From positions 2,739-66,738 of the forward strand of contig JBQTIC010000054.1 of NCBI GenBank assembly GCA_052388435.1: DNA of 64,000 bases, read 5' to 3'. Source of the DNA: Chromatiales bacterium (GTDB lineage: Bacteria; Pseudomonadota; Gammaproteobacteria; JAJPIJ01). Positions 47,800-58,100 of this stretch are shown one piece after another (position 1 is the stretch's first letter; every line of letters begins with the position of its first letter). The notes beneath the pieces are model-generated. The model was given only the letters and a program-made list of their open reading frames with translations. It did not search any database and was not told where the DNA came from. The position numbers and the translations under genes are program-made.

Positions 47800-50691
47800 A
47801 GCACCCTCGACCACAAACAACTGCCAGAGTCGTTGCACCAGGCTGCGCGCTTCCTGGAACTCGCTGTCGGCGGCGAGCGCCGGCTGCTCCTGCAGGGCGC
47901 GCCGGTGAGTCTCCGCGCGAAAGGCAAAATACGCCTCGCGCACGGCAATGCAATCCGCCGCCGGCAATACACCGCAATCGCTGAAGACTTCAAGCAGCCG
48001 CAGATTATCGGTCCACGCAAGGAGGGCCGGACACTCCGCGGCATGGGCGAGCACGCCATATTGCACCATAAATTCAATGTCCGTCATACCACCCTCACCC
48101 TGCTTGAGATCGAATACGCCCGCCTCGCGGGAGGCGAGTTCCTGGCGCATGCGGCTTCGCATGTCGAGGATGTCGCGCCGCAGAACCGCGCGATCACGCT
48201 GCCTGCCCAGCACGTCGTTGCGAATGCGCCGAAAGCCCTCGGCGACGCTGCTGTGACCGGCGACAAAACGTGCGCGTACCAGGGCCTGGTGCTCCCAGGT
48301 CCACGCCTGCTCGCGCTGATACTTGCCAAAGGCCTCCAGGCTGCTGACCATCAGGCCCGACTCCCCGCTCGGGCGTAACCGCGTGTCCACCTCGTAGGCG
48401 AGACCCGCCGGCGTGAACGTGGAGATGAGGTGGATGAGACGCTGTGCGAGGCGCGTGAAAAAGGAACTGTTGTCGATGGGGCGGACGCCGTCCGTCAGCT
48501 GTTCCTCCCCCGCGCTGTCATGCAGGAACACCAGATCGAGGTCCGATCCATAGCCGAGTTCCAGTCCGCCCAGCTTCCCGTAGGCGATGACGGCGAAGCC
48601 CGCCGGCCGGCCGTCAGCTCCTGAACCGCACTGCGGACGTCCGTGCCGCTCGGTCAGATAGCCCCATGCCAGGTCGAGCGCGACACGCAACACCGTCTCG
48701 GCGATCCACGACAAATGATTGCTGACTTCCGGCAGCGCCAGATGACCGGTGAGATCCGCGGCGGCGACCTTGAGCACCTCGGCGTGCCGGAAGTGTCGCA
48801 GCGCATCCATCTGATGTTCCAGATCGGCGGGCGCATGCTTCGCGATCTCGTTGCGCAGGGCCTTCTCCAACGCCGCCGCGCCGGGAGGCGCATAGAGTGC
48901 GCGGGCATCAAGGAGTTCATCAAGCAGGATCGGGTGCTGGGCAATGTAGTTGGCAATCCAGGGGCTGGCAGCAAACAGCCTGGCCAGTTGCTGCAAAGCC
49001 TGCGGCTGCTCGGCAAGGAGGGAGAGATACACGCTGCGGCGGGCGACCGTCTCCAGCAGCCGGAAGATGCGTTGCACGGCGACGATCTCTCCGGTGCCGC
49101 CGGCGACCGTCCCGAGCACCATCGGCATCAGCCGCGACAGGCGCTCCTGCCCGTGCGCACTCAGCCGACCGATGTCTTGCGCCAGGCGCAGCTTGTCGAT
49201 CTCTTCCAGAGCCGCCCCGGGGTTCTCGAAGCCGGTGGCGTTCAGCGTCGCGATCGCCTGCTCCTCGGTGAGGCGTCCCGCCCACAGCTCCACCAGTTGC
49301 GACGTCGCGGTGGAGATCGTTCCGGCCAGACGGTTACGATTTTCCAGAAGGCGCGCGAAGTGAGTCTCGACGTGCTGGCGATGGACATGCAATGCCGCCT
49401 CGAACTCCTCCCATGCCTCGAACCCCATGCCGAGGGCGATGCGCGTGCGCTCCGTCTCCTCCTCCGGCAATGTGTGGGTCTGGCGATCGTCAAGCTGCTG
49501 CAATCGCTGCTCGGTGTTGCGCAAGAAGACATACGCGGCCTGCAGATCCTGGACCGCCTGCGCCGGCAATTCTTCGAGCGCACCCAGCGCATTCAGTGCC
49601 GCGCGCGTCGAGCGCACCCGCAGCGCGGGCTCGCGCCCGCCGCGGATGAGCTGGAAGGACTGGGCGATGAACTCGATCTCGCGGATGCCACCGGGCCCGC
49701 GCTTGATGTCGTCCCGCAGTTCTCCGCGCGCGACTTCGGAGTTGATGAGTGCCTTCATTTCGCGCAGGGCCTGCAGCGCGCCGAAATCGACGTAGCGGCG
49801 GTACACGAAGGGCTGCAAGGCCCGCAGAAAGCGCTCGCCGGCGTCGAGGTCGCCGGCGCAGACGCGCGCCTTGATCATGGCGTAGCGTTCCCAGTCCCGC
49901 GCGTGCGCCTCGTAATAGCTCTCCATCGCCGCCATGCTCTGCGTGAGGGCGCCGCTGTCGCCGAATGGACGCAGCCGCATGTCAACCCGAAAAGCGAAGC
50001 CGTCCTCGGTCGGCTCGTGCAGCACCTTGACGAGGCGCCGGCCCAGGCGATCGAAGAACTCCTGGTTGGATATCGAACGCCGCCCACCCTGGGTTTCCCC
50101 CGCCCGCGGATAACCGAAGATGAGGTCGATGTCGGAGGAGAAGTTCAGTTCCGCCCCTCCGAGCTTGCCCATGCCGAGGACGAAGAGAAGCTGCGGTCGG
50201 CCGCGATCATCCACCGGGCTGCCGTAGCCACCGCTCTGATCCGCGCACAGCCACCTCAGGGTCACGTCCGTTGCCGCATCGGCGAGCGAGGATGTTTCGC
50301 GCAGGGTGCTCTCGCTATCGGCAAGGCCACCCAGATCACGCCAGGCAATCCGCACCATCTCGCGGTTGCGGAACCGGCGCAGCGCCACCTTGAACGCGGT
50401 TTCGTCCGCCACGCCGTCGAGGGCCGCCGTCAGGCGCTGCACATAAATCTCCCGCTCGCATGCCCGTTCCAGTTCACCGCTGCGGAGCAACGCATCAGCG
50501 AGACCGGGATTCCGCTGCAGTACGCGAGCGACAAAGCGGCTGCAGGCAAGCACCCGCGGCAACGCGCAAGCCGCGCTGTCCTCGGGCGCCGCTAATATCG
50601 TTCCTGTATCGATCTCCTGCAAGAGACGCGCAACGTCGGCGCGAAGTGCCTCGGGGATGGTATTCAGGGACGGTATCACGGCGAGCTTCAT
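47797..50691 (-). CDS. glnE: bifunctional glutamine synthetase adenylyltransferase / adenylyl-removing enzyme
   Basis: 964 aa with two nucleotidyltransferase domains (…GMGKLGGAELNFSSDIDLIF… and …AYGKLGGLELGYGSDLDLVFL…), each followed by a GlnE helical domain. Confidence 0.9.
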   Translation of the reverse strand: MKLAVIPSLNTIPEALRADVARLLQEIDTGTILAAPEDSAACALPRVLACSRFVARVLQRNPGLADALLRSGELERACEREIYVQRLTAALDGVADETAFKVALRRFRNREMVRIAWRDLGGLADSESTLRETSSLADAATDVTLRWLCADQSGGYGSPVDDRGRPQLLFVLGMGKLGGAELNFSSDIDLIFGYPRAGETQGGRRSISNQEFFDRLGRRLVKVLHEPTEDGFAFRVDMRLRPFGDSGALTQSMAAMESYYEAHARDWERYAMIKARVCAGDLDAGERFLRALQPFVYRRYVDFGALQALREMKALINSEVARGELRDDIKRGPGGIREIEFIAQSFQLIRGGREPALRVRSTRAALNALGALEELPAQAVQDLQAAYVFLRNTEQRLQQLDDRQTHTLPEEETERTRIALGMGFEAWEEFEAALHVHRQHVETHFARLLENRNRLAGTISTATSQLVELWAGRLTEEQAIATLNATGFENPGAALEEIDKLRLAQDIGRLSAHGQERLSRLMPMVLGTVAGGTGEIVAVQRIFRLLETVARRSVYLSLLAEQPQALQQLARLFAASPWIANYIAQHPILLDELLDARALYAPPGAAALEKALRNEIAKHAPADLEHQMDALRHFRHAEVLKVAAADLTGHLALPEVSNHLSWIAETVLRVALDLAWGYLTERHGRPQCGSGADGRPAGFAVIAYGKLGGLELGYGSDLDLVFLHDSAGEEQLTDGVRPIDNSSFFTRLAQRLIHLISTFTPAGLAYEVDTRLRPSGESGLMVSSLEAFGKYQREQAWTWEHQALVRARFVAGHSSVAEGFRRIRNDVLGRQRDRAVLRRDILDMRSRMRQELASREAGVFDLKQGEGGMTDIEFMVQYGVLAHAAECPALLAWTDNLRLLEVFSDCGVLPAADCIAVREAYFAFRAETHRRALQEQPALAADSEFQEARSLVQRLWQLFVVEGA

Positions 50692-50764
50692 GCGTATGCC
50701 GGAGTCGTGAAGACCTTTTGCACCGGGCGCAGGGTCGTCGACTGCGGAACCTGACCCCTTGGGT

Positions 50765-51478
50765 TCAGCGCTCCGACTGTTTTTCGAGGTCCTGAAGACG
50801 TTTCATGAGGAAGCGCTGCTCTGCGGGGTCCGTGACCTTGCCGTCTTCCAGCAGTCCGCCGATGAGGATCTTCGCCGCCTCGATCTCTCCCATGTCCTCC
50901 AAGACAAAGATATTCATTTGACGCGCCCATTTCGGCACCTGCGGTCCCCTGGCGTGGGTGGCGAGCGCGTCGGCGTACTTGAGCGCGAGCGCCAGATCGC
51001 CGATGCGGTGCCTGGCTACGTACACCGCGTGGGCGAGCCACTGCCAACGGCCGTTGGGGTTCTTGAGGAATTCGCGGTAGACGAAATCGAGCATCTGCCG
51101 CTGCTTCGTCGGCACCGGCACTTCGCCGTAGAGGCGGGCGGCCGCGAGCAGTGGGTATTCCGTGCGCTCATCGAGACTGCCGACGCGCTCCAGCCACGCC
51201 ACAACGCGCCCATAGTCAAGGTCCCGGAAGGGAATGCTCAGGCCCGGCGGGTTATCAAAGGCCTGCAGCCACAGCATGAGCGCCTGCGCGAGGACGATGC
51301 GATCCCCCGCTGCCAGTACCTGCAACACAGGCAGCGCGGGAGGAGCGGGCAGCGCCTCGGCGTGCGCCTCGGGCGCCGGGCGAACGTGGTGCCAGGCGCC
51401 CTGCATTAGCAGGCTCGCCACGAGCAACATCAGCGCGGCGCGCGGCACGGCGTGGATGGGACGTTCCCTGGCTGACAT
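50765..51478 (-). CDS. hypothetical secreted/periplasmic protein
   Basis: 237 aa, N-terminal signal-like segment (AALMLLVASLLMQGA), helical remainder. No family recognised. Co-oriented with the upstream membrane protein and with glnE. Confidence 0.45.
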   Translation of the reverse strand: MSARERPIHAVPRAALMLLVASLLMQGAWHHVRPAPEAHAEALPAPPALPVLQVLAAGDRIVLAQALMLWLQAFDNPPGLSIPFRDLDYGRVVAWLERVGSLDERTEYPLLAAARLYGEVPVPTKQRQMLDFVYREFLKNPNGRWQWLAHAVYVARHRIGDLALALKYADALATHARGPQVPKWARQMNIFVLEDMGEIEAAKILIGGLLEDGKVTDPAEQRFLMKRLQDLEKQSER

Positions 51479-51480
51479 AT

Positions 51481-52251
51481 CTAGAAATTCTTCCGGTAAA
51501 GATCAAAGAGTCCGGCGCCGATCAGGAGAGCGAGGTAGATGATTGTCTGCCCGAGGATCGGCGCAAGCGCCGCGGGGTTGCCGGTCCCGTAAACGAGCCA
51601 CTCGCTGGGGGTGTAGCGATACAGTTCCGGCAGCAGGTAGGCCAGACCATCCACCATCGCTGCAATGATCTTCTGCGACCAGGCATTGGGGTCGATTAGA
51701 GGTCCGTGTCCCATCAATTGGATCGCGTCGATGACGCGCCCGAGTACGTAGAACGCGGCCACCGCGCTCAGGGCGGCAGTGACCTGCGAGAAGGTGAACA
51801 TGCACAACAGGCTGAGGGCGGCGATGATCAGCATTTCGCAGTACAGCGACAATGCCCAGAGCATCGCCTGGGCGGGCGGCGCGTAGAACGCGACGACAGC
51901 GCCGAAGGCCATGGCACCGATCAGCGCCACCAGGCCATAGCCCATGACCTTTCCGCAATAATACACATGGCGCGGCAGCGCGAGGGAGAGAACGAGATCC
52001 GCGCCCTTGTCCGCCAGTTCGCGCGCCACGCTGCTCGCCACAAACAACCCGATGAGGAACACGCCCGCCGCGCGCAGGAACGCAGCCAGGAACGCTATCC
52101 TGATCGCCCCGCTTTCGGTCACGGCGGCGGCGGCGGCAACCTCGGCGAGCAGGAACGCGATCACAACCGTTACCGCCAGCAGTACGAGCAGCCGTCCCCG
52201 GACCGCCTCCAGGGCGGTGAAGATCGCGATGGTTCCCGCCTTATGCCACAT
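51481..52251 (-). CDS. hypothetical polytopic membrane protein (ABC-2-permease-like topology, 6-7 TM)
   Basis: 256 aa, almost entirely hydrophobic helices. No ATPase partner in the window. 2-nt gap to the next gene. Confidence 0.45.
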   Translation of the reverse strand: MWHKAGTIAIFTALEAVRGRLLVLLAVTVVIAFLLAEVAAAAAVTESGAIRIAFLAAFLRAAGVFLIGLFVASSVARELADKGADLVLSLALPRHVYYCGKVMGYGLVALIGAMAFGAVVAFYAPPAQAMLWALSLYCEMLIIAALSLLCMFTFSQVTAALSAVAAFYVLGRVIDAIQLMGHGPLIDPNAWSQKIIAAMVDGLAYLLPELYRYTPSEWLVYGTGNPAALAPILGQTIIYLALLIGAGLFDLYRKNF

Positions 52252-52342
52252 TGGTCACCTCTTTGCCAACGAGTACTATAGCAATCGTAACGAGGCGTTG
52301 TAGCGCCCCCAGAAAGCCAGATCCGGACTCTCCCGCTGCCCC

Positions 52343-54127
52343 ATGGACGCTGACATAACAAAGCCCGCGCGCATACCCGCCCGATCAGCGCAGATTGTCC
52401 GTGTGCTGATCGTAGTGTTCAGCAAGTACGAGAATGTCGTGCTTGCCACCATGCTGCTCCTGCTGCACCTGTCGCTGTGGTGGGACTTCGCCGGCCCGCT
52501 GTCCCGATCGCTCATGCTCGCCCACCTGGGGCTCTTCTTCCTCTGGCAGCCGATCTGGCGGGGCGATCAGCGCCTCGATATGCACAGCGCTGTCCTCTTC
52601 TTTCTCTGCACGATCGGGTTTGTGGTGCTGCTGAACGGCTGGCTGTTCGTATGCTGGCTCATCCTGCTCATCGGCCTGGTGGGCGGCCGCTCGTTAAGTC
52701 AGACGAGAGAGCGCTACGTCTACATGCTGACGCTGTTCTTCCTGACCTCCGAGCTGCTCATCGGCGCCACGCCACTGCTGTTTGACACGGGCGGTCTGCC
52801 CGGCACGATAAACGATCTCTTTCGTTACGGCCTGCTCGCGATCCCGCCGGTCGTTGCCTTTATACCAGCCATGGCTTCGGGCACGCGTACGCGCTTTGCC
52901 GTCGACCTTCTGCGCGGAGTGACCACTTCGATGATGGCGGCCATCGTGGCCATGGGCAGTCTGATAACGATGTACCGGTCACAGGCCGACTACTCGGAGG
53001 CATTGTTCTGGGCGTCCCTTGTGCTTGCAGGCTTCCTGTTCGCCATCAGCTGGCTTCTTACGCCGGGGACAGGGGTCAGTCGCCTCGCGGAGGTGTGGGA
53101 GCGCTCCCTGCTCAACATCGGCACGCCGTTCGAGGAGTGGTTGGCCGACCTTGCCAAAGTCGCCGAGCAGCACCTCACGCCCAAACAGTTCTTTGAAGCG
53201 GCCATGCTGGCGCTGGTCAGGCTGCCGTGGGTGCGCGGCGTGGCGTGGAGTGGATCTGACCTGGCCGGGAGGCACGGAGATCGCACGGTGCACTTCATAG
53301 ATCTCAACGCCGCCGGTGTCACCGTGCTCCTGTTCGTGCCGCGATCACCGGGCCCTGCGCTGCTGCTGCACGCCAAACTGCTGGTGCAGCTGCTGGGGCA
53401 TTTGTACACGGCCAAGCAGCGCGAGCAGGAGCTCGCCAAACAGGCGCACCTGCAAGCCATCCATGAGACCGGGGCACGCGTCACCCACGATATTAAGAAT
53501 CTGCTGCAGTCCCTCCAGGCCATCACCGCCGTGCTGACCGAGGCACCGCTGCCGATCGGCGCCTCGGAACGGCGCCGTTCGGCGCGCGTGTTTCAGCTGA
53601 TCGAGCGCCAGATGCCGCTCATCACGCAACGCCTGCAGCTCGCGCTGGACAAGCTCCAGTCCCCGGAGAAAACGGTCCAGCAGGAGAGACGGTTGCGCGA
53701 ATGGTGGGAGTCGCTCAAGGTCCGCAATCATGACACCGGTATCGGCTTTAAGGATAGCATTACAAGCAACCCGCTCATCCCGGGCGATCTCTTCGACAGC
53801 GTCGTCGAAAACCTGCTTGAGAATGCGCGCCACAAGCGGGAGCTCGAACGGGATATCGAGATCGGAGTGATGCTCACCAGCAACGGGGGGGGTCTTCGGC
53901 TCGAAGTGACCGACACGGGGAGTGCTGTTCCAGCGGCGGTCGCGGAGGGCCTGCTGAAGCAGCCGGTCAATTCTGACACCGGATTGGGCATCGGGCTTTA
54001 TCAGGCCGCGCGGCAGGCCGAGATGGTCGGCTACACGCTCAGCCTGCGGACCAATATCCCCGGCAAAGTCTGTTTTGAGCTCTCGGCCACCCAGCCGGCC
54101 AAGGGCGCAGACACGATGCTCGGTTGA
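52343..54127 (+). CDS. sensor histidine kinase with large polytopic N-terminal membrane domain (PrsK-like architecture), orphan
   Basis: ~250 aa with 7-8 TM helices, a GAF-like linker, H-box ARVTHDIKNLLQSLQ, and HATPase N/G boxes (LENARHK..., DTGSAV..., GLGIGLY). No response-regulator gene adjacent. Confidence 0.7.
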   Translation: MDADITKPARIPARSAQIVRVLIVVFSKYENVVLATMLLLLHLSLWWDFAGPLSRSLMLAHLGLFFLWQPIWRGDQRLDMHSAVLFFLCTIGFVVLLNGWLFVCWLILLIGLVGGRSLSQTRERYVYMLTLFFLTSELLIGATPLLFDTGGLPGTINDLFRYGLLAIPPVVAFIPAMASGTRTRFAVDLLRGVTTSMMAAIVAMGSLITMYRSQADYSEALFWASLVLAGFLFAISWLLTPGTGVSRLAEVWERSLLNIGTPFEEWLADLAKVAEQHLTPKQFFEAAMLALVRLPWVRGVAWSGSDLAGRHGDRTVHFIDLNAAGVTVLLFVPRSPGPALLLHAKLLVQLLGHLYTAKQREQELAKQAHLQAIHETGARVTHDIKNLLQSLQAITAVLTEAPLPIGASERRRSARVFQLIERQMPLITQRLQLALDKLQSPEKTVQQERRLREWWESLKVRNHDTGIGFKDSITSNPLIPGDLFDSVVENLLENARHKRELERDIEIGVMLTSNGGGLRLEVTDTGSAVPAAVAEGLLKQPVNSDTGLGIGLYQAARQAEMVGYTLSLRTNIPGKVCFELSATQPAKGADTMLG

Positions 54128-54366
54128 CGGCAGCTTAAAGACTTTCTGTCGATCGCGCGGCCAAAGATCAGGCCGTCATTCCGGCGAAAGTCGAAATCCA
54201 GTCACAACAACTTTTCCACCGGATCATGTGGTCCACGATACCTCTGCGGCAGTTCACAGGTCTGCCAGCCATGGCACCATTGTCGGGCCACCCGAGGATT
54301 CGTGCGCCAACGTTGCATCAGCGGTCACCAGGGGCATCCGCCAGACCAGCGAGAACCACATACGCC

Positions 54367-55152
54367 TCAAGGTAGGCGCCCTGCCATCACCATTCGGTTC
54401 TTGAGAACGTTCGGCGAGATCCATGTCACGAGGTCGTCGAATTCCAGCGTGTCGTCCCGGCTGAAGCTCTTGGAGACAAACACCGCATCTGGATCCTCAT
54501 TTTCCTGTTCATGGCTGGAGAGAGTGCCGCCGATTGCCAGCGCAGCGTCATTGTGATTGCTGCCGCGCGAGAAAATCAACGCGGGCACTTGGTTAACCAC
54601 TGTCGCGCCGCCCGCAGCATCCAGAACCGTTATGTCACCGACAGAGCAAAGCTCGAATGCCACCGTGGCTGTTGCTGTACCGCAAGGAGCGGTGTTTGTT
54701 CCGGCCGCAAAGAGCGGCGTAACTCTGTAACGAAAGAAGCCGCGATAACCAGCCGCACCTCCCCATTCGTCTCGCTGCCCAACATTCAGGTCAACCCACG
54801 GCAGGTTTCCCGAAGCGGCCACGCAAACTGGCGGGGTTCCAGTTCGATCCTCCGTCCCATCGTCACCGACGGAATCCGGACAGGGAAGTCGCCCATTTGC
54901 AACGGCGAACCCGACCAGCGCTTCCTTGATGTTCTCCAGTTGACCCTGTGTCCTTTGCCGCTCCTGCGATTCGGTGCGAGTGCTCAACGGGCCAAGCAGG
55001 CCCGCGAGCAGCAAAGCAATGACCAGAAGAACGATGGCGAGCTCGACGAGAGTGAAGCCCCGCGAGGCCGAACGCGCACGCAAGCCTCGTTCGCAACTCC
55101 AGGCAACCCCACATGGTGCGCTCACCGGCGAACGGTTACGGCTGGCGCGCAA
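54367..55152 (-). CDS. type IV pilin-like / pseudopilin protein with prepilin cleavage-methylation motif
   Basis: ...LRARSASRG|FTLVELAIVLLVIALLLAGLLGPL is the canonical class III signal (G-1, F+1, E+5, hydrophobic helix). The ORF starts with TTG at 55152 (GAGGT RBS at 8 nt), giving an unusually long 32-aa leader. The alternative TTG at 55083 gives a typical 9-aa leader MRARSASRG. Mature protein has 4 Cys. Confidence 0.75.
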   Translation of the reverse strand: MRASRNRSPVSAPCGVAWSCERGLRARSASRGFTLVELAIVLLVIALLLAGLLGPLSTRTESQERQRTQGQLENIKEALVGFAVANGRLPCPDSVGDDGTEDRTGTPPVCVAASGNLPWVDLNVGQRDEWGGAAGYRGFFRYRVTPLFAAGTNTAPCGTATATVAFELCSVGDITVLDAAGGATVVNQVPALIFSRGSNHNDAALAIGGTLSSHEQENEDPDAVFVSKSFSRDDTLEFDDLVTWISPNVLKNRMVMAGRLP

Positions 55153-58100
55153 CGATTCGCACCTCGTCGTTGAATGTGTTCGTCACAGGCGGAAATGTGC
55201 CGCGCTCATACTCGCACGGGGCCCCCGGACAGGGAGCCGGCGGAGAAAATGGAGGCCCGATAACGGGAAGATCATTCTGGCCTTCAAAGTAGGCTCCCGA
55301 GACACCTGTCGTGCGATCCTGTGTTCCTACTGGGGGGCCGGCGGCGATCAGGAGGGCGCGGATCCTGTCATTGTTGGTCGCCAGGTCGGCGCCATCCCTG
55401 AGCACCAGGCAGTCCGTCCCGATGGTGCAGGATCCGGTTGAGCCGCTGGTCGGAACCTCCTGAGGAGACGCCGCCGCATAGATGAGTTGATGCCAGTTGT
55501 TGCGCACGAACCAAGGCGGCAGCTCGTGATAGATCCTGTACCTGTCGTTGGCGGCGAACGTGATGGAGCCGCCCGGCACATTCTTCACCGTTACCTGACT
55601 GGCTGGCCCGACGGACTCGACGCGGCCCTTCGAGCAACCGACCCCAAGCTTTTCGACCCAATCGCCGGGCCGCACTCCCAATTGAACGAAGTCTCTAGTG
55701 CTGTCGATAAGCTCCAATCCGGTTGCTCCAACCGCCGTCACGGCTCCGTCAAGCGGTGCAAAATCCATATGGATGTTGCCGGTACTCACGAAACCGCTGG
55801 TGCCCGCGGGTATGGACAGCGTCGCATTCCCAAGTTGCGTCCCGGCCACATCCACATCGGTAATCGTGACCGGAGGAATCGCCGGCATGGCTGGCGGTGG
55901 CTGCTCTGGCAGCGGTGCAAAAGCTGCTGGCGAACCGATTACGACGTCTCTCACTTTTGTGCCGGCCGAGTTGGCGAAGCTCACGGTGCCATTGTGCATA
56001 GGCCGGAAGGCATATTGCCGGGTCTCGATCAAACCGCTGCGTATGAGGTACTCATCGCCCGCGTTGAATGAATTGGACGCCCCGCCTGTTAGCGCAATGA
56101 CGGTAATCTGATTCGTGCCCACCGTTGCGACTCTCCCAATTGAACCGTCATCGAGGTTCCGAACAACATCGCCAGCGCGCACGCTGAGTGCCACAAAATC
56201 CTGACTGCTGTCCATCAGCGTCAGTCCGGCGCTGCCAGCGGTGGCGGCATTGGTAAGCTGATACTGCTGGCCTGCCACAAATGTAACGCCGCTCAGCAGG
56301 TCGACGATCAGGTGGCTGGGAGTCGGCAGACCGACGGTCTGGATCACACCCTTCAAGCCAGTGCTCAGGTTCTCGACATAGTCACCGGCATTGACCCCCA
56401 GCGCCAGGAAATCGACATTGGTGTCCTCGAGCAGCGGTCCGAGACTCCCAAGGGTCGCTGTGCCCGGCGGCGGCAATGGAAGTTCCCGGGTGGCGATACG
56501 GAGCCTGTAGCCGTCGTTTGCTGCAAAGGTAAGGCCAGATACTGTCAGAGTGGTAGGAGAAGTGACCGCGGTGACGAATCCGCTGATAACGCTAGTCTGG
56601 TTTTCCACTACATCACCGGGGTTCACTCCAAGCGCATTAAAGTCAGCCTCCGCATCCATCAGCGTCGTGCCAGCGCTGCCGGCAGTGGCCGTACGCGTAA
56701 AGTACGGCTCCGCAGCGGTACCCGAACAGTCCACGCTGTCCGTCGCAGTCTGCGCCAAGGGACATTGGCCGGCAGTCGGGAAGTTCGCCGGATAGTCCAT
56801 GGACCACAAGCAGATTCCATTCGCTGACAGGACCGGGACCGGGTCCCGCGTGGGAGGCACGGCCACAGAGTCCAATAAGGGACGAGGCAAGGTCTTCTGT
56901 ATCGTCGCCCGCAGCCCCGGCACGTAATTGGCGACGGCTGTTACAACGGGAGGCGGCAATGCGGGCAGGAAGGCGGCGGTGACGACCGCGCCGTTTGCCT
57001 CCCTGATGTCCCAGTCAAGCGTGAAGCCCGTTCGAAACGCCTCGCCCGCCACGCCTGCGGGAGGAGGCAGCTGAACCATGGCATGGTATGGCAGATGTCC
57101 GTCGCGCGCAGTGCCTGACAGAATGTCACCGTTGTTGCGCGGGATCTGATAGGCGTCTCCCGCATCGAAGTCGTTCTCGGCGCCGTCGCGTAATGCTGCC
57201 ACCGTTAACGTGGTTGCGGCGACAGCGGTGATCACGCCCTTGGAGCCGTCCGTTACATTCTGAACGATGTCGTCAACGCGAACGCCCAACGTGACGAAAT
57301 CCTTGGTCGGGTCTTGCAGTTGAGTGATGCTGCTCGCGGCCGCCGTGCCAGCGATCATTGGTGCGGCCATGGTCGCCGCGCGGGGAGCGGCGAAAGGACT
57401 GGACCAGGGATACCGCCCATCGTCGGGTGTCGATGGTGTTAGATTTTCAGCAACCTCACGGTACTGGCTTACGGAATTTGCCGCCTCCCCGAGGACGCGT
57501 TTTTCCATCTCGCCCATGAAGTCGCGGCGGCTAATGACCAGCACCTGATCGTTGAAGTCGCCCGCGCCGCTGGTAACAAAGTCGGGGTCAGGGTCACTGT
57601 TTTCGCCTTCGAGGTAATGAGAGACGACATTACTTGGTCTCAACTGATCGTTGAAGCTGGGTCCGGGCGCCAGTAGCACGGCAACAATATCGCCGCTTCC
57701 GTCAATAGTCAGTTGACCCGGAGTCTCGCTGTTCAAGGGAAAGGTCTTCGGATTGTTCCGGAAGTTGCCCGACAGCGCATACCACAGCCTCTCGCCGCTA
57801 CTGTCGCGCACATCGTGCAGCCCCAGAAACTCCCAAGGCAGCCTTCCTACGCGAACTGTTTCAGCAAGAGTTCCGCAGGGCGGATTCGGCGATCCGTCAT
57901 TATCCGTGTCCGGACATGGCAGAAAGCCCGGTCCTGCGAGAAAGTCCGTTGTTGCTGGATTGTCAGGATAGGAAGCCGCGTAGCCGATCAGCGCCTCTCT
58001 GGCGGCTTCCAATGCGGCGGCCGACCGTTCCCTGCGGTACCCCTCACTGGCGGCCGCGTTCAACTGGGTCAGCAGCAAGGAAGAGCTTGCCACCACCAGA

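Noticed and set aside
48643-50595. 650-aa plus-strand ORF
   Set aside because: Antisense to glnE. No motifs, Arg/Gln/Leu-rich.
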